A DNA stretch of 63,476 bases, filler included, from Octopus bimaculoides (lineage: Eukaryota): assembly GCF_001194135.2 (NCBI RefSeq). It is 6 parts of 5 records of this genome, joined end to end, with 100 filler letters (N's around TTAATTAATTAA, not from the genome) between each part and the next. Parts side by side here need not be neighbours in the genome. Positions count along the whole stretch, not along the records: positions 23,996 to 39,938 come from NC_068991.1; positions 40,039 to 51,392 come from NC_069010.1; positions 51,493 to 56,917 come from NC_068997.1; 3 more parts are not named here. One strand, given 5' to 3'. A program made the position numbers and the translations under genes. The notes below the pieces were generated by a model. The model worked only from the letters and a program-made list of their open reading frames with translations, was not told the origin of the DNA and searched no databases. Of this stretch, positions 38,781 through 51,660 are shown one piece after another; within the stretch, counting starts at the first letter, position 1, and each line of letters starts with the position of its first letter.

Positions 38781-39938
38781 CTATTTAAACAACATTACCA
38801 CTATTTAATCCAAATTTTTACAATTTAAAATCAACACTTAACTAATACCTTTACCATACAACCAAAGTCACTAACATCTGAATAACAACACTAACGTTTC
38901 ATCAATATCTCTACCATTTATTCAACCCCGCTGCTACTATTCAACTAGTTCTAGTGTTAATTAGTCTATATAACTGCCATTTAAGCATTTAACTAAATCC
39001 ATTCACATTTGATTCGACCGATAGAGAAAGGGAGTAGTCCAATATTTTACTACAAAAGCAATTTAAAGTTTTCCAAAGAATATTGATGTTTTAGCTTCGT
39101 TTTTTTTTTTGTGTGTGTTTTATTTATAAATTTGAATACCCTTTTTTTCTTTCAGAGTTTTATTTACAAATTTTAATACTCTTATTGATTTTCAAATTCT
39201 GGCACAAGGCCAGCAATTTCGAGGCAGGAGTAGGTCGATTACACTGACAGCAGGGTTTAGCGGATACTTCTTTTATCGACCCCGAAAAGACGAAAAGCAA
39301 AGTCGACCTCGGTGGAATTTGAACTTAGAACGTGATGACTGACGAAATGCCGCTAAGCATTTTGCCCCACATGCTAACAATTCTACCAGCTTGCCACCTT
39401 AAATTTGAAGACTATTATTGTCCAATAAGTGTTGATATATGACTCAAGGCCAACAATTTCGGGGAGGAGTAAGTCGATTACATCGACTCCAGTTCTCAAC
39501 TGGTAATTATTTTATCGACCATGAAGGGATGAAAGGCAAAGTCGATCTCGGCAGAATCAAGTGTTGGTATCCTGAAATAAGAAGACAATTGAAACTTTAT
39601 TATATCTCTTTAATTCATAGCTCCTTTATAGATTTGATTGTTTACACGGCTATTTGTTTCTACAACGCTTAAAATCCTCTCTGCTCATCCCTCGCTTATC
39701 TGTTACTGACCATCCAACTTAAATTTCTATGTGAAAGACTGACATTTAAGTTCTCGCTTTTTTTTTCACATGGATAAAGAGGAGGTTTCTAACATAACTT
39801 CAAGCAATTTTTTCATCTTATTTGTTGAATATTCCCTTCTTGCATGGAAAGAGTCTTATAACCACAAACCATTTCATTTAGCAACAACCATTAAACGAAC
39901 TTCTTAGGCATTACCGTTTAACCCAAACCATATATATA

Positions 39939-40038
39939 NNNNNNNNNNNNNNNNNNNNNNNNNNNNNNNNNNNNNNNNNNNNTTAATTAATTAANNNNNN
40001 NNNNNNNNNNNNNNNNNNNNNNNNNNNNNNNNNNNNNN
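39939..40038. other. Artificial scaffold linker
   Basis: 44 N + TTAATTAATTAA + 44 N. Confidence 0.97.
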
Positions 40039-40050
40039 AACATTCTAGTG

Positions 40051-40361
40051 CAGTGGTTCCCAAACTATGAGTCGCAACCCACTGATGGGGCACAATGGTT
40101 GGGATTAAAAGCAAATTTCGAAATAAACTGCAGCTCTCAAATTCTTCACGGCTGAAACTATCATGCATTGAACCTGATGTTAATTCTATTATTGAGCGTA
40201 GCAAGAAACAGGCTCATCCTTCTCACAGGCCTCAATGAAAATGTAATCTGAAGTAAATTTGTTTCTTTCATTAACGTTTCGACCCAGTAGAGTTAAGTGG
40301 GTCGCCATAAACTGGTGTCATAAATAGTGGGTCGCGTCTCTAAAACGTTTGGGAACCACTG
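40051..40361 (+). mobile_element. hAT MITE with 8-bp target duplication
   Basis: TIR CAGTGGTTCCCAAAC / GTTTGGGAACCACTG; flanks TTCTAGTG / TTCTATTG (7 of 8); internal KKQAHPSH transposase tail. Confidence 0.9.
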
Positions 40362-40379
40362 TTCTATTGTGTCTATTTA

Positions 40380-40979
40380 TTCCAATGTATTAGACAAATA
40401 CATTCACGTGTATCAGTGCTACAGAAATGAAGAAATGAGCAGATGTTTTGGATGAAGTCCAAGAGGAGTTTCTTGATCTGAAGTTCAACTCCCCAGCTAA
40501 GGAAGACTTCAAAGAACTGGATCTTGGAACATTCTGGATCAAGTACCTTCCTGTTTACCCTCTGATCTCACATCAGGCTCTTCGGATTTTAACTATGTTT
40601 GGATCCACGAATCTTTGTGAAGCTGCATTTTCCACGCTTGTTACTGTCAAGACCAAGTACAGAAGCAAGCTGAATGTTGAAAGGGGCTTATGTTGTGTAC
40701 TCTCTGGCATTCAACTAAGCATTCAAGATCTTGTGGCTAAGAAGTAGTGTCATGTTTCTCACTTTTTCTGTAATGTGATTATATATATAAAAAAAATATA
40801 CACATTTTGTATAATGTGACTAATTCATATTCAAAAAAAAAAACAAAAAAAACTAAAAAACATGTTTTAGATTTTATTTAAAATCTGGGAGGGAATTTTA
40901 TTCATAGATGCAAAAGGGGCCTGGAGAGAAGGCCAAATTGCTAGGGGAGGCGTGGTAGTATAAAGGTTAAGAACCACCG
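40380..40979 (+). mobile_element. hAT (Buster/Charlie-like) transposase C-terminal remnant with right end
   Basis: FWIKYLPVYPLISHQALRILTMFGSTNLCEAAFSTLVTVKTKYRSKLNV is the hAT dimerisation domain; ends AAGGTTAAGAACCACCG. Confidence 0.85.
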
Positions 40980-42788
40980 CATACACGCTGTATATTTACC
41001 CTTACCACACCTTCCCTCAACATTCGCAGCCTTATCACACCTGTGACATACCCTTATCACCTTACACTAACAACTAATCTTTATCAAACAGGTAGTAAAG
41101 TCACCTGCTACCGCAGTGTGTGTGTGTGTAAGTGTGTCTGGGAGGGTGGAGTTCATATCTTAAAGGTGGTCACATTTGGATCACAGGTTGCTTTACTGTG
41201 ATCCATCTCAACTATACTGATTAGATGCCACTTCTCTCTCTCTCTCTCTCACTCTCTCTCTCTCACTCTCTCTCTCTCTCACTCTCTCTCTCTCTCTCAC
41301 TCTCTCTCTCTCTCTCCCTCACCTCACTCTTCTACTGTCACTCTTTCTCTTTCTCTCTCTCATACACATACTCCCAATCTCTCTGTCTTTCTATTACCAT
41401 TCTGCACTCTGTTTCTCTCTATCTCAATACCATTCGAAGGGACAGGCATGGCTGTGTGGTAAGAAGCTTGCTTCCTAACCATGCAGTTCCAGGTTCAGTC
41501 CCACTGCATGCCATCTTTGGCAAGTGTCTTCTACTATAGCCTCAGGCCAACCAAAGCCCTCTGTGGATTTGGTATCTGAAAACTGAAACAAGCCTCGGCC
41601 AAAACTGATCTTTCTTTTCTTGGCCGGCCGTTGTGCGTGCAAAATCGTTATTCTTCCCTGTGCCTGTGAAATCTTGTATCCCTGCCATAAGGCTTTATTT
41701 CCACACACGCCAGCTTAATTTAATTCGTCCTTAATTGAAAGACACCTGTTGTTATGTCCTGTTATTTGTATTGTATTTGTTTAACATTGTTTTNNNNNNN
41801 NNNNNNNNNNNNNNNNNNNNNNNNNNNNNNNNNNNNNNNNNNNNNNNNNNNNNNNNNNNNNNNNNNNNNNNNNNNNNNNNNNNNNNNNNNNNNNNNNNNN
41901 NNNNNNNNNNNNNNNNNNNNNNNNNNNNNNNNNNNNNNNNNNNNNNNNNNNNNNNNNNNNNNNNNNNNNNNNNNNNNNNNNNNNNNNNNNNNNNNNNNNN
42001 NNNNNNNNNNNNNNNNNNNNNNNNNNNNNNNNNNNNNNNNNNNNNNNNNNNNNNNNNNNNNNNNNNNNNNNNNNNNNNNNNNNNNNNNNNNNNNNNNNNN
42101 NNNNNNNNNNNNNNNNNNNNNNNNNNNNNNNNNNNNNNNNNNNNNNNNNNNNNNNNNNNNNNNNNNNNNNNNNNNNNNNNNNNNNNNNNNNNNNNNNNNN
42201 NNNNNNNNNNNNNNNNNNNNNNNNNNNNNNNNNNNNNNNNNNNNNNNNNNNNNNNNNNNNNNNNNNNNNNNNNNNNNNNNNNNNNNNNNNNNNNNNNNNN
42301 NNNNNNNNNNNNNNNNNNNNNNNNNNNNNNNNNNNNNNNNNNNNNNNNNNNNNNNNNNNNNNNNNNNNNNNNNNNNNNNNNNNNNNNNNNNNNNNNNNNN
42401 NNNNNNNNNNNNNNNNNNNNNNNNNNNNNNNNNNNNNNNNNNNNNNNNNNNNNNNNNNNNNNNNNNNNNNNNNNNNNNNNNNNNNNNNNNNNNNNNNNNN
42501 NNNNNNNNNNNNNNNNNNNNNNNNNNNNNNNNNNNNNNNNNNNNNNNNNNNNNNNNNNNNNNNNNNNNNNNNNNNNNNNNNNNNNNNNNNNNNNNNNNNN
42601 NNNNNNNNNNNNNNNNNNNNNNNNNNNNNNNNNNNNNNNNNNNNNNNNAATTAATGAATTCAACGGGATACACTGTCTGCAAGTCGTTGGGTTCAGCATA
42701 TTATCCTCCATTTTCTAATTGATATACAAATTTGGGGTACCCCCCCCCTTTTACCCGCTCCCATTTATTGCACTTGGTATAACACTAG

Positions 42789-43250
42789 TGTAGCAATAAT
42801 TGGGCACCCTCCCAGCAGTATATTGGATAGATATATAGTAACGCTGTGCGCATGCGTAGTCTCACGCATGCGTGGAATTAAACAAGCAAGCTTTCCCGCT
42901 TAATTCTAGCTCTTTCTCGGTCGGCCGACCATGAGCATGGACATGTCAAGCAGTGTCTCCAACATTCCAACTCTGGAGACAGTCTCTTTACGTGTATAGC
43001 TGTCACTCTCCATCTTTCGGACTTACACTCGACAGCTCGCTCACATCTACATAACAACGTCCCACAACTATGCTCACACACACAGAAGCCGTAACAACAA
43101 GAGCTAAAGATGTATATATTTACCACCTGAATAAATTTTGTTTAAGTTGATAGTCTGGAGTTCACCGTTTCGTTTAATTTCCTATAGATACTATCCCTTA
43201 GTGGGTTGAATCCTCAACCCCTAACTCTCTCGCATTATATATATATATAT
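42789..43250. mobile_element. Possible solo-LTR-like sequence
   Basis: Starts TGTAGC, CpG-rich, has AATAAA near 43126 and two GCGCATGCG-like palindromes; no clear CA end or TSD found. Confidence 0.2.
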
Positions 43251-43522
43251 ATATCTAGGCATCCAGCTGTAGAAACCTTGCCAGGTCAGATTGGAGCCTG
43301 GTGCAGCCTTCTGGCTTGCCAGTCCTCAGTCATAAATGGTGAGTAATACTATTTGGTTGATAACTGATGAAGAATTAGGGATTTTCTGTGTTTGTCTCCC
43401 GTCTACTTGTACACGCAATATATACGTTATGTCGTTTGTTAATTTACAATACATTTCCCCATTTATTAAGTAATGGAACGCAACGCAACCCGACTTGTAT
43501 TAATAGTAAGTTTTTTTATATA

Positions 43523-43748
43523 CAGGGTGTCCACAAGGTCTGGGTACAGGGAGTAAATAAAATCGTTACATAAACAATTAAATATAAGAAATAATAATTT
43601 CTTAAAGTATGTGTTAATCCCCATGTGGGTACATGGAGTAAATAAAATCATAACTTAATCAATTAAATATAAGAAATAATAATTTCTTAAAGTATGTGTT
43701 AATCCCCATGTGGGTACATGGAGTAAATAAAATCATAACTTAATCAAT
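43523..43748. repeat. Tc1/mariner-type end followed by an 85-bp tandem repeat running into a gap
   Basis: TA|CAGGGTGTCCACAA; GGGTACA units start at 43542, 43627 and 43712. Confidence 0.7.
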
Positions 43749-44318
43749 NNNNNNNNNNNNNNNNNNNNNNNNNNNNNNNNNNNNNNNNNNNNNNNNNNNN
43801 NNNNNNNNNNNNNNNNNNNNNNNNNNNNNNNNNNNNNNNNNNNNNNNNNNNNNNNNNNNNNNNNNNNNNNNNNNNNNNNNNNNNNNNNNNNNNNNNNNNN
43901 NNNNNNNNNNNNNNNNNNNNNNNNNNNNNNNNNNNNNNNNNNNNNNNNNNNNNNNNNNNNNNNNNNNNNNNNNNNNNNNNNNNNNNNNNNNNNNNNNNNN
44001 NNNNNNNNNNNNNNNNNNNNNNNNNNNNNNNNNNNNNNNNNNNNNNNNNNNNNNNNNNNNNNNNNNNNNNNNNNNNNNNNNNNNNNNNNNNNNNNNNNNN
44101 NNNNNNNNNNNNNNNNNNNNNNNNNNNNNNNNNNNNNNNNNNNNNNNNNNNNNNNNNNNNNNNNNNNNNNNNNNNNNNNNNNNNNNNNNNNNNNNNNNNN
44201 NNNNNNNNNNNNNNNNNNNNNNNNNNNNNNNNNNNNNNNNNNNNNNNNNNNNNNNNNNNNNNNNNNNNNNNNNNNNNNNNNNNNNNNNNNNNNNNNNNNN
44301 NNNNNNNNNNNNNNNNNN

Positions 44319-46995
44319 AGGGTTGGGGTTTTAGGGTTAGTGTTAGGGTGAGTGTTTAGGGTTACGGTTAGCGTTTTAGGGTTAGGGTTAGGGAATTCCG
44401 TCCCTAACCATAACCGTAACCCTAGCCCTAAATCTAAACACTCACCCTAACCCTGACCCTAAAACCTTAACCCTAACACCCTAGTGAAGATCATGAGCAT
44501 GAAAGTGGTTCTCCAGCATGGCCTCAATCCCAAAATAACTGAAACAAGTAGTAGATAAGAATAAAAGATATTTATACACATTGGCACTGGCGCAAGTAGC
44601 TTCCTTACCAGTCACATCTTACCTCGGTCGGTTATCAACATTTGAACAACCTTTGTACTTTTTCCTTTTTCTTAAGACAATAAAAACTTTTATTTTCACA
44701 TATAACATATAAACGTGTACATTTGTTAGAGCATTGTCATTTTATAAGATTTTGGCGGAAAATTTTTTTAATCAGCATAAACATTTATTTCCATTTGTGT
44801 ACTTTTCTTGGTAATTTTTCAGATTAACACCCGCACGATCTTCACTAGGGTGTTAAGGTTAGGGTTTTAGGGTCAGGGTTAGGGTTTTAAGGTTACGGTT
44901 TAGGGTTACAGGGTTAGGATTTTAGGGTTTGGGTTAGGGAGTTCCGTTCCTAACCGTAACCCTAACCCTAACACCCTAGTGAAGATTGTGCGGGTGTTAA
45001 TCTGAAAAATTACCGTGTTTAGCTGGTACTTAATTGATCAACCCCCATTTGTCTATTTTTCTTGGTAATTTTTCAGATTAACACCCGCACGATCTTCACT
45101 AGTGTGTGAGGGTTAGGGTTTTAGGGTCAGGGTTGGGGTTTTAGGGTTAGTGTTAGGGTGAGTGTTTAGGGTTACGGTTAGCGTTTTAGGGTTAGGGTTA
45201 GGGAATTCCGTCCCTAACCATAACCGTAACNNNNNNNNNNNNNNNNNNNNNNNNNNNNNNNNNNNNNNNNNNNNNNNNNNNNNNNNNNNNNNNNNNNNNN
45301 NNNNNNNNNNNNNNNNNNNNNNNNNNNNNNNNNNNNNNNNNNNNNNNNNNNNNNNNNNNNNNNNNNNNNNNNNNNNNNNNNNNNNNNNNNNNNNNNNNNN
45401 NNNNNNNNNNNNNNNNNNNNNNNNNNNNNNNNNNNNNNNNNNNNNNNNNNNNNNNNNNNNNNNNNNNNNNNNNNNNNNNNNNNNNNNNNNNNNNNNNNNN
45501 NNNNNNNNNNNNNNNNNNNNNNNNNNNNNNNNNNNNNNNNNNNNNNNNNNNNNNNNNNNNNNNNNNNNNNNNNNNNNNNNNNNNNNNNNNNNNNNNNNNN
45601 NNNNNNNNNGAATAGCCTTTGTACTTTTTCCTTTTTCTTAAGACGATAAAAACTTTTATTTTCACATATAACATATAAACGTGTACATTTGTTAGAGCAT
45701 TGTCATTTTATAAGATTTTGCTGTCAAATATTTTAGTCAAAATAAACATTTATTTACATTTGTGCACTTTTTTTGGTAATTTTTCAGATTAACACCTGCA
45801 CGATCTTCACTAGGGTGTTAGGGTTAGGGTTTTAGGGTCAGGGTTAGGGTTTGGGTTAGAGAGTTCCGTCCCTAACCGTAGCCCTAAACCATAACCCTAA
45901 AACCGTAACCCTGACCCTAAAACCCTAACACCCTAGTGAAGATCGTGCGGGTGTTAATCTGAAAAATTACCGTGTTTAGCTGGTACTTAATTGATCGACC
46001 CTCATTTGTGTACTTTTCTTGGTAATTTTTCAGATTAACACCCGCACTATCTTCACTAGGGTGTGAGAGTTAGGGTTTTAGGGTCAGGGTTGGGGTTTTA
46101 GGGTTAGAGTTAAGGTGAGTGTTTAGGGTTACGGTTAGGGTTTTAGGGTTAGGGAATTCCGTCCCTAACCATAACCGTAACCCTAACCCTAAACCTAAGC
46201 ACTCACCCTAACCCTAAAACCCTAACCCTGACCCTAAAACCCTAGCCCTGACCCTAAAACCTTAACCCTAACACCCTAGTGAAGATCATGAGCATCAAAG
46301 TGGTACTCCAGCATGGCCTCAATCCAAAAATGACTAAAACAAGTAGTAGATAAAGATAAAAGATAGACCCTTGAGTGGCACTGGAGTAAGTAGCTTGCTT
46401 ACCAGTCACATCTTACCTCGGCTGGTTATCAGCATTTGAACAGCCTTTATACTATTTCCTTTTTCTTGAGACAATAAAAACTTTTATTTTCATACTCAGC
46501 TTGCCAAGACTTATTGGGGCAAGTGAAAGCGAAATTGGGATAGCATCTATGCCCAGCGTCGCCTTTCTGGCACTTGTGCCTGTGACATGTGTAAGGATTT
46601 TCGAGCGAGATCATTGCCAGTGCCCCTGGACTGGCTCTTGTGCGAGTGGCACATAAAATACACCATTTTGAGCGTGGCCGTTGCCAGTACTGCCTGACTG
46701 GCCTTCGTGCGGGTGGCACGTAAAAGCACCCACTACACTCTCGGAGTGGTTGGCGTTAGGAAGGGCATCCAGCTGTAGAAACTCTGCCAAATCAGATTGG
46801 AGCCTGGTGCTGCCATCCGGTGTCACCAGTCCTCAGTCAAATTGTCCAACCCATGCTAGCATGGAAAGCAGACGTTAAACGATGATGATGATGATGATGA
46901 ACATATAAACGTGTACATTTGTTAGAACATTGTCATTTTAAAAGATTTTGCTGTCAAACCTTTTAGTTAACATAAACATTTATTTCCATTTGTGT
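44319..46995. repeat. Tandem array (about 0.8-kb unit, at least 3 copies) containing fold-back elements with head-to-head TTAGGG-like arrays
   Basis: Arms GGTAATTTTTCAGATTAACACCCGCACGATCTTCACTAGGGTG and its reverse complement; complete copies at 44810-45014 and 45775-45971, right-truncated copy at 46021-46289, gap-cut copies at 44319-44490 and 45064-45230. Confidence 0.9.
46496..46901 (+). mobile_element. Family E retroposon (probable RTE-type 3' end with (GAT)n tail) inserted in the third tandem unit
   Basis: Unit sequence resumes after the tail; related copies at 43255-43332, 59150-59513, 59738-60022 and 60085-60330 (-). Confidence 0.8.
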
Positions 46996-47572
46996 GCTTT
47001 TCTTTTGTTTTTTTCATCCCTGGGCCAAAACCTTATTGAATAAACATCTGATCAAAGACATTCCAATCATGACTCTCCTGTTTCCTTTAAAAGCCTTTGT
47101 CCACCTAGAACTGTATCATTCAATGTGTCCTATTCAGAAGACATCAGGATATACTGTATTTTAACATGTATACAGAAACATTTTTTGTCAAAAATTAGGT
47201 TAAAAAAATATGGGCGTTTCTTATACATGGATAGCACTATAATCTCTTACATAACCTTTTGCCCGAATTTTAAGCCCTCAAAATTAGGGGGTTCCTTATA
47301 AATGTTGAAATACTGTAATTTGAGATATTCGGCTGCTATGTCTAACATGTCCAGTGATCACCTAGCGGCTATATCTTTGTCTTGTTGTTGTTGTTGCCAA
47401 TTTGGCTTGTTATTCTTAGATATAGAGCACATGACATGATCGCAGACACACACCCACCAACACCACACATTCTCTTCCTCTTGAGACTTTAGCATATATA
47501 TGTCTACCTTGTTGACATATAGACAATCAATAGACATGTATAGTGTCTGTACTTATATAGAGTCGATAAATA

Positions 47573-47800
47573 CAGGTGTTGGACAAAATAATGGAAACAC
47601 CTTAAAATTTCAATCTGATTTATTTTAATATGGCATAGGATCATTATTGGCAGTAATTACCGCTTGAATTCTACGAGGTATGGACTCGTACAAGGTTTGA
47701 ATTGTTTCCAAAGGAATTTTTGCCCATTCTTCTGCTAAAACAGTCTCCAGTTCTCGTAGTGATGATGGTGGAGGATATCGACTCTTACTTGGATATCGAC
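47573..47800 (-). mobile_element. Tc1 element right end and transposase C-terminus
   Basis: TA|CAGGTGTTGGACAAAATAATGGAAACACC TIR; minus strand SRYPPPSSLRELETVLAEEWAKIPLETIQTLYESIPRRIQAVITANNDPMPY* (stop 47625-47627). Confidence 0.9.
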
Positions 47801-49250
47801 TCCTTACTTGTGATATTGACTCCTTACTTGTGATATCGACTCCTTACTTGGATATCGACTCCTTACTTGGATATCGACTCCTTACTTGTGATATTGACTC
47901 CTTACTTGGATATCGACTCCTTACTTGTGATATTGACTCCTTACTTGGATATCGACTCCTTACTTGTGATATCGACTCCTTACTTGTGATATCGNNNNNN
48001 NNNNNNNNNNNNNNNNNNNNNNNNNNNNNNNNNNNNNNNNNNNNNNNNNNNNNNNNNNNNNNNNNNNNNNNNNNNNNNNNNNNNNNNNNNNNNNNNNNNN
48101 NNNNNNNNNNNNNNNNNNNNNNNNNNNNNNNNNNNNNNNNNNNNNNNNNNNNNNNNNNNNNNNNNNNNNNNNNNNNNNNNNNNNNNNNNNNNNNNNNNNN
48201 NNNNNNNNNNNNNNNNNNNNNNNNNNNNNNNNNNNNNNNNNNNNNNNNNNNNNNNNNNNNNNNNNNNNNNNNNNNNNNNNNNNNNNNNNNNNNNNNNNNN
48301 NNNNNNNNNNNNNNNNNNNNNNNNNNNNNNNNNNNNNNNNNNNNNNNNNNNNNNNNNNNNNNNNNNNNNNNNNNNNNNNNNNNNNNNNNNNNNNNNNNNN
48401 NNNNNNNNNNNNNNNNNNNNNNNNNNNNNNNNNNNNNNNNNNNNNNNNNNNNNNNNNNNNNNNNNNNNNNNNNNNNNNNNNNNNNNNNNNNNNNNNNNNN
48501 NNNNNNNNNNNNNNNNNNNNNNNNNNNNNNNNNNNNNNNNNNNNNNNNNNNNNNNNNNNNNNNNNNNNNNNNNNNNNNNNNNNNNNNNNNNNNNNNNNNN
48601 NNNNNNNNNNNNNNNNNNNNNNNNNNNNNNNNNNNNNNNNNNNNNNNNNNNNNNNNNNNNNNNNNNNNNNNNNNNNNNNNNNNNNNNNNNNNNNNNNNNN
48701 NNNNNNNNNNNNNNNNNNNNNNNNNNNNNNNNNNNNNNNNNNNNNNNNNNNNNNNNNNNNNNNNNNNNNNNNNNNNNNNNNNNNNNNNNNNNNNNNNNNN
48801 NNNNNNNNNNNNNNNNNNNNNNNNNNNNNNNNNNNNNNNNNNNNNNNNNNNNNNNNNNNNNNNNNNNNNNNNNNNNNNNNNNNNNNNNNNNNNNNNNNNN
48901 NNNNNNNNNNNNNNNNNNNNNNNNNNNNNNNNNNNNNNNNNNNNNNNNNNNNNNNNNNNNNNNNNNNNNNNCCTTACTTGGATATCGACTCCTTACTTGT
49001 GATATCGACTCCTTACTTGTGATATCGACTCCTTACTTGGATATCGACTCCTTACTTGTGATATCGACTCCTTACTTGTGATATCGACTCCTTACTTGGA
49101 TATCGACTCCTTACTTGGATATCGACTCACTTGTGATATCGACTCCTTACTCGGATATCGACTCACTTGTGATATCGACTCCTTACTTGTGATATCGACT
49201 CCTTACTTGGATATCGACTCCTTACTTGTGATATCGACTCCTTACTTGTG
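47775..49250. repeat. 19/21-bp minisatellite GATATCGACTCCTTACTTG(TG), partly in a gap
   Basis: Visible on both sides of the gap at 47995-48970; occasional 14-bp variant. Confidence 0.95.
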
Positions 49251-51392
49251 TTTCATATGTATATGTATATACTCACATATGGGTTTACCGACATACAATT
49301 GAAAACACATGAACACATACAGGGATATAAGCACTCACTTTAGACAAATTGTGAATGTCATTATAAAATACTGACATACTTAGATATTGGTTTTTGATAT
49401 ATTGAAGTCAAATATAGATAAGAAAAGTGGATGAATAATAATAGAGCAGAGAGAGTGAGGGGAAATGTAAGAGACAGGCAGAGATTGTATGGGTCTGATA
49501 GGGTAAGTAGAATGATTGCAATGTGGATTAGAAAGTCACTGCCAGATGGCTCAAGGTTTGATCACAAGCACTGTGTCTGAATATGTGTGTGTGTGTGTGT
49601 GTGTGGCGTCCGTGAAATAGTAATTGTGACCGTTGCTGGTGGCATGATCTTCGAATGTTAGGCCTCATGGAGGCGATGACATGTGATCGAGACCTTTGAT
49701 GGTATGCTGTGCTTGAGAAGACTTGTGAAGCCAAGTGAAATCGTAGTTGTGGCCGTTGCTAATGTCGTGTGAATAATCACTTGCGAAATCGTAACTGTGG
49801 CCATTGCTGGTTGCATATCAGCCTACCCTCTCCACACCATTATATGTACGTAGGGTAATNNNNNNNNNNNNNNNNNNNNNNNNNNNNNNNNNNNNNNNNN
49901 NNNNNNNNNNNNNNNNNNNNNNNNNNNNNNNNNNNNNNNNNNNNNNNNNNNNNNNNNNNNNNNNNNNNNNNNNNNNNNNNNNNNNNNNNNNNNNNNNNNN
50001 NNNNNNNNNNNNNNNNNNNNNNNNNNNNNNNNNNNNNNNNNNNNNNNNNNNNNNNNNNNNNNNNNNNNNNNNNNNNNNNNNNNNNNNNNNNNNNNNNNNN
50101 NNNNNNNNNNNNNNNNNNNNNNNNNNNNNNNNNNNNNNNNNNNNNNNNNNNNNNNNNNNNNNNNNNNNNNNNNNNNNNNNNNNNNNNNNNNNNNNNNNNN
50201 NNNNNNNNNNNNNNNNNNNNAGTGAACTGGAGCATTGTGAAATAAAGTGTCTTGCTCAAGAACACAACACTTAGCCCAGTCTGGGAATTGAACTTACTGC
50301 CACATGATTGTGAGCTCAATGCTCTAACCACTGAGCCATGTGCCTCCACTAAATGTAATGCTTATTTATTCACATTGTTTTGAATCAAACCAGCTTTGAG
50401 ATTTCAATGAAACGATTGTTTAATTTTTTTTGAATGACATTGTAGGGTAAGTGTGACAGGTTAGATCTGGCCAGTTTGGACATAAAATAGAATATTTGAA
50501 CTGTATATGGCCACTTTAAATGCTAATGGCTTAGGTGACCTCATCAGGGACACATGTGCCCCTCCCCCCAGACACACACACGCGCGCGCTCTACTTATAT
50601 CCCTTCAGAAGGCAATTTGATATTGGCACACCCCTTTCATTCTCACCACTTTTCAACCCGTTTTTTTTTTGTCTCTCACAAAAGAAAAAAAACAAAAAAA
50701 CAAAAAAAAACTTGAAATTAAAATTTAGAAATTAAGAATTAAATTCAGTTGGCAAAAGTCATGGATAGAATTTAGTATAGTTTGGCAGAAAGAAAACAGA
50801 GGTAAGTATGCAAAACAATTGGAAATCAAAATAACATGAAAAAGTTGAAGGCTGCTATTTCTAGCACGTCCAGTGACCACTTAGCGGCCATATCGTTGCC
50901 TTGTTGCTGTCAATTTGTTTTGTTATTCTTAGATATAGAGCGCATCACATGATCGTACACACACACACACACATACACACACACACACTAGCTGTCAGTC
51001 CTTTCTGCCCCTCTCACCCTTTGCCATCTCTCTTACACAAACATCACATGACATATTCTCATAGTCTCTCCTCCCCCCCTCCCCACACATACACACATTC
51101 TCAAATTTATCAATTCAACGGTTTTAACTTTCTCCTCCTCCTCCTCCACTTCTCATATTTATTCTTTCTTTCTCTCGTGCTTTTTCCTCTCTCTTTCTCC
51201 CTTCCCCTTCTCATATCTTTCTTTCTTTCCCTCGTGCTTTGTCTCTCTCTTTCTCCCCTCCCCAAGGAGGAGGAGAAAGAGAGAGAAGTTTTTTTTGTTT
51301 TTTTTCTCAAACATTTACAAGTTTTCGCACAAGGCCAGAAATTTCAGGGGTGGGGGGTAAGCCGATTTTTTTTTCGACTCATGGCACAAGGC

Positions 51393-51492
51393 NNNNNNNN
51401 NNNNNNNNNNNNNNNNNNNNNNNNNNNNNNNNNNNNTTAATTAATTAANNNNNNNNNNNNNNNNNNNNNNNNNNNNNNNNNNNNNNNNNNNN
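51393..51492. other. Artificial scaffold linker
   Basis: 44 N + TTAATTAATTAA + 44 N. Confidence 0.97.
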
Positions 51493-51569
51493 ATATATAA
51501 CAACCTAGTTTCAATAATATTTTTTGTTTATCAATGGTAAAAGTTTAAAATTAGAAAAACATCGTTAAA

Positions 51570-51660
51570 TTTCAATGTTAACAAATCAAAATGTTTCAAT
51601 GTTGACAAATTAAAATGTTTCAATGTTGACAAATTAAAATGTTTCAATGTTGATAAATTA
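51570..51660. repeat. About 4 x 24-bp tandem repeat AATGTTTCAATGTTGACAAATTAA
   Basis: Directly visible. Confidence 0.85.

Noticed and set aside
44319-46289. Chromosome end-to-end fusion scar
   Set aside because: The repeats are degenerate, bounded by fixed inverted arms and reiterated, which fits a mobile or tandem element better.
47775-49250. CRISPR-like array
   Set aside because: The units are contiguous with no unique spacers, there are no cas genes, and the context is eukaryotic.
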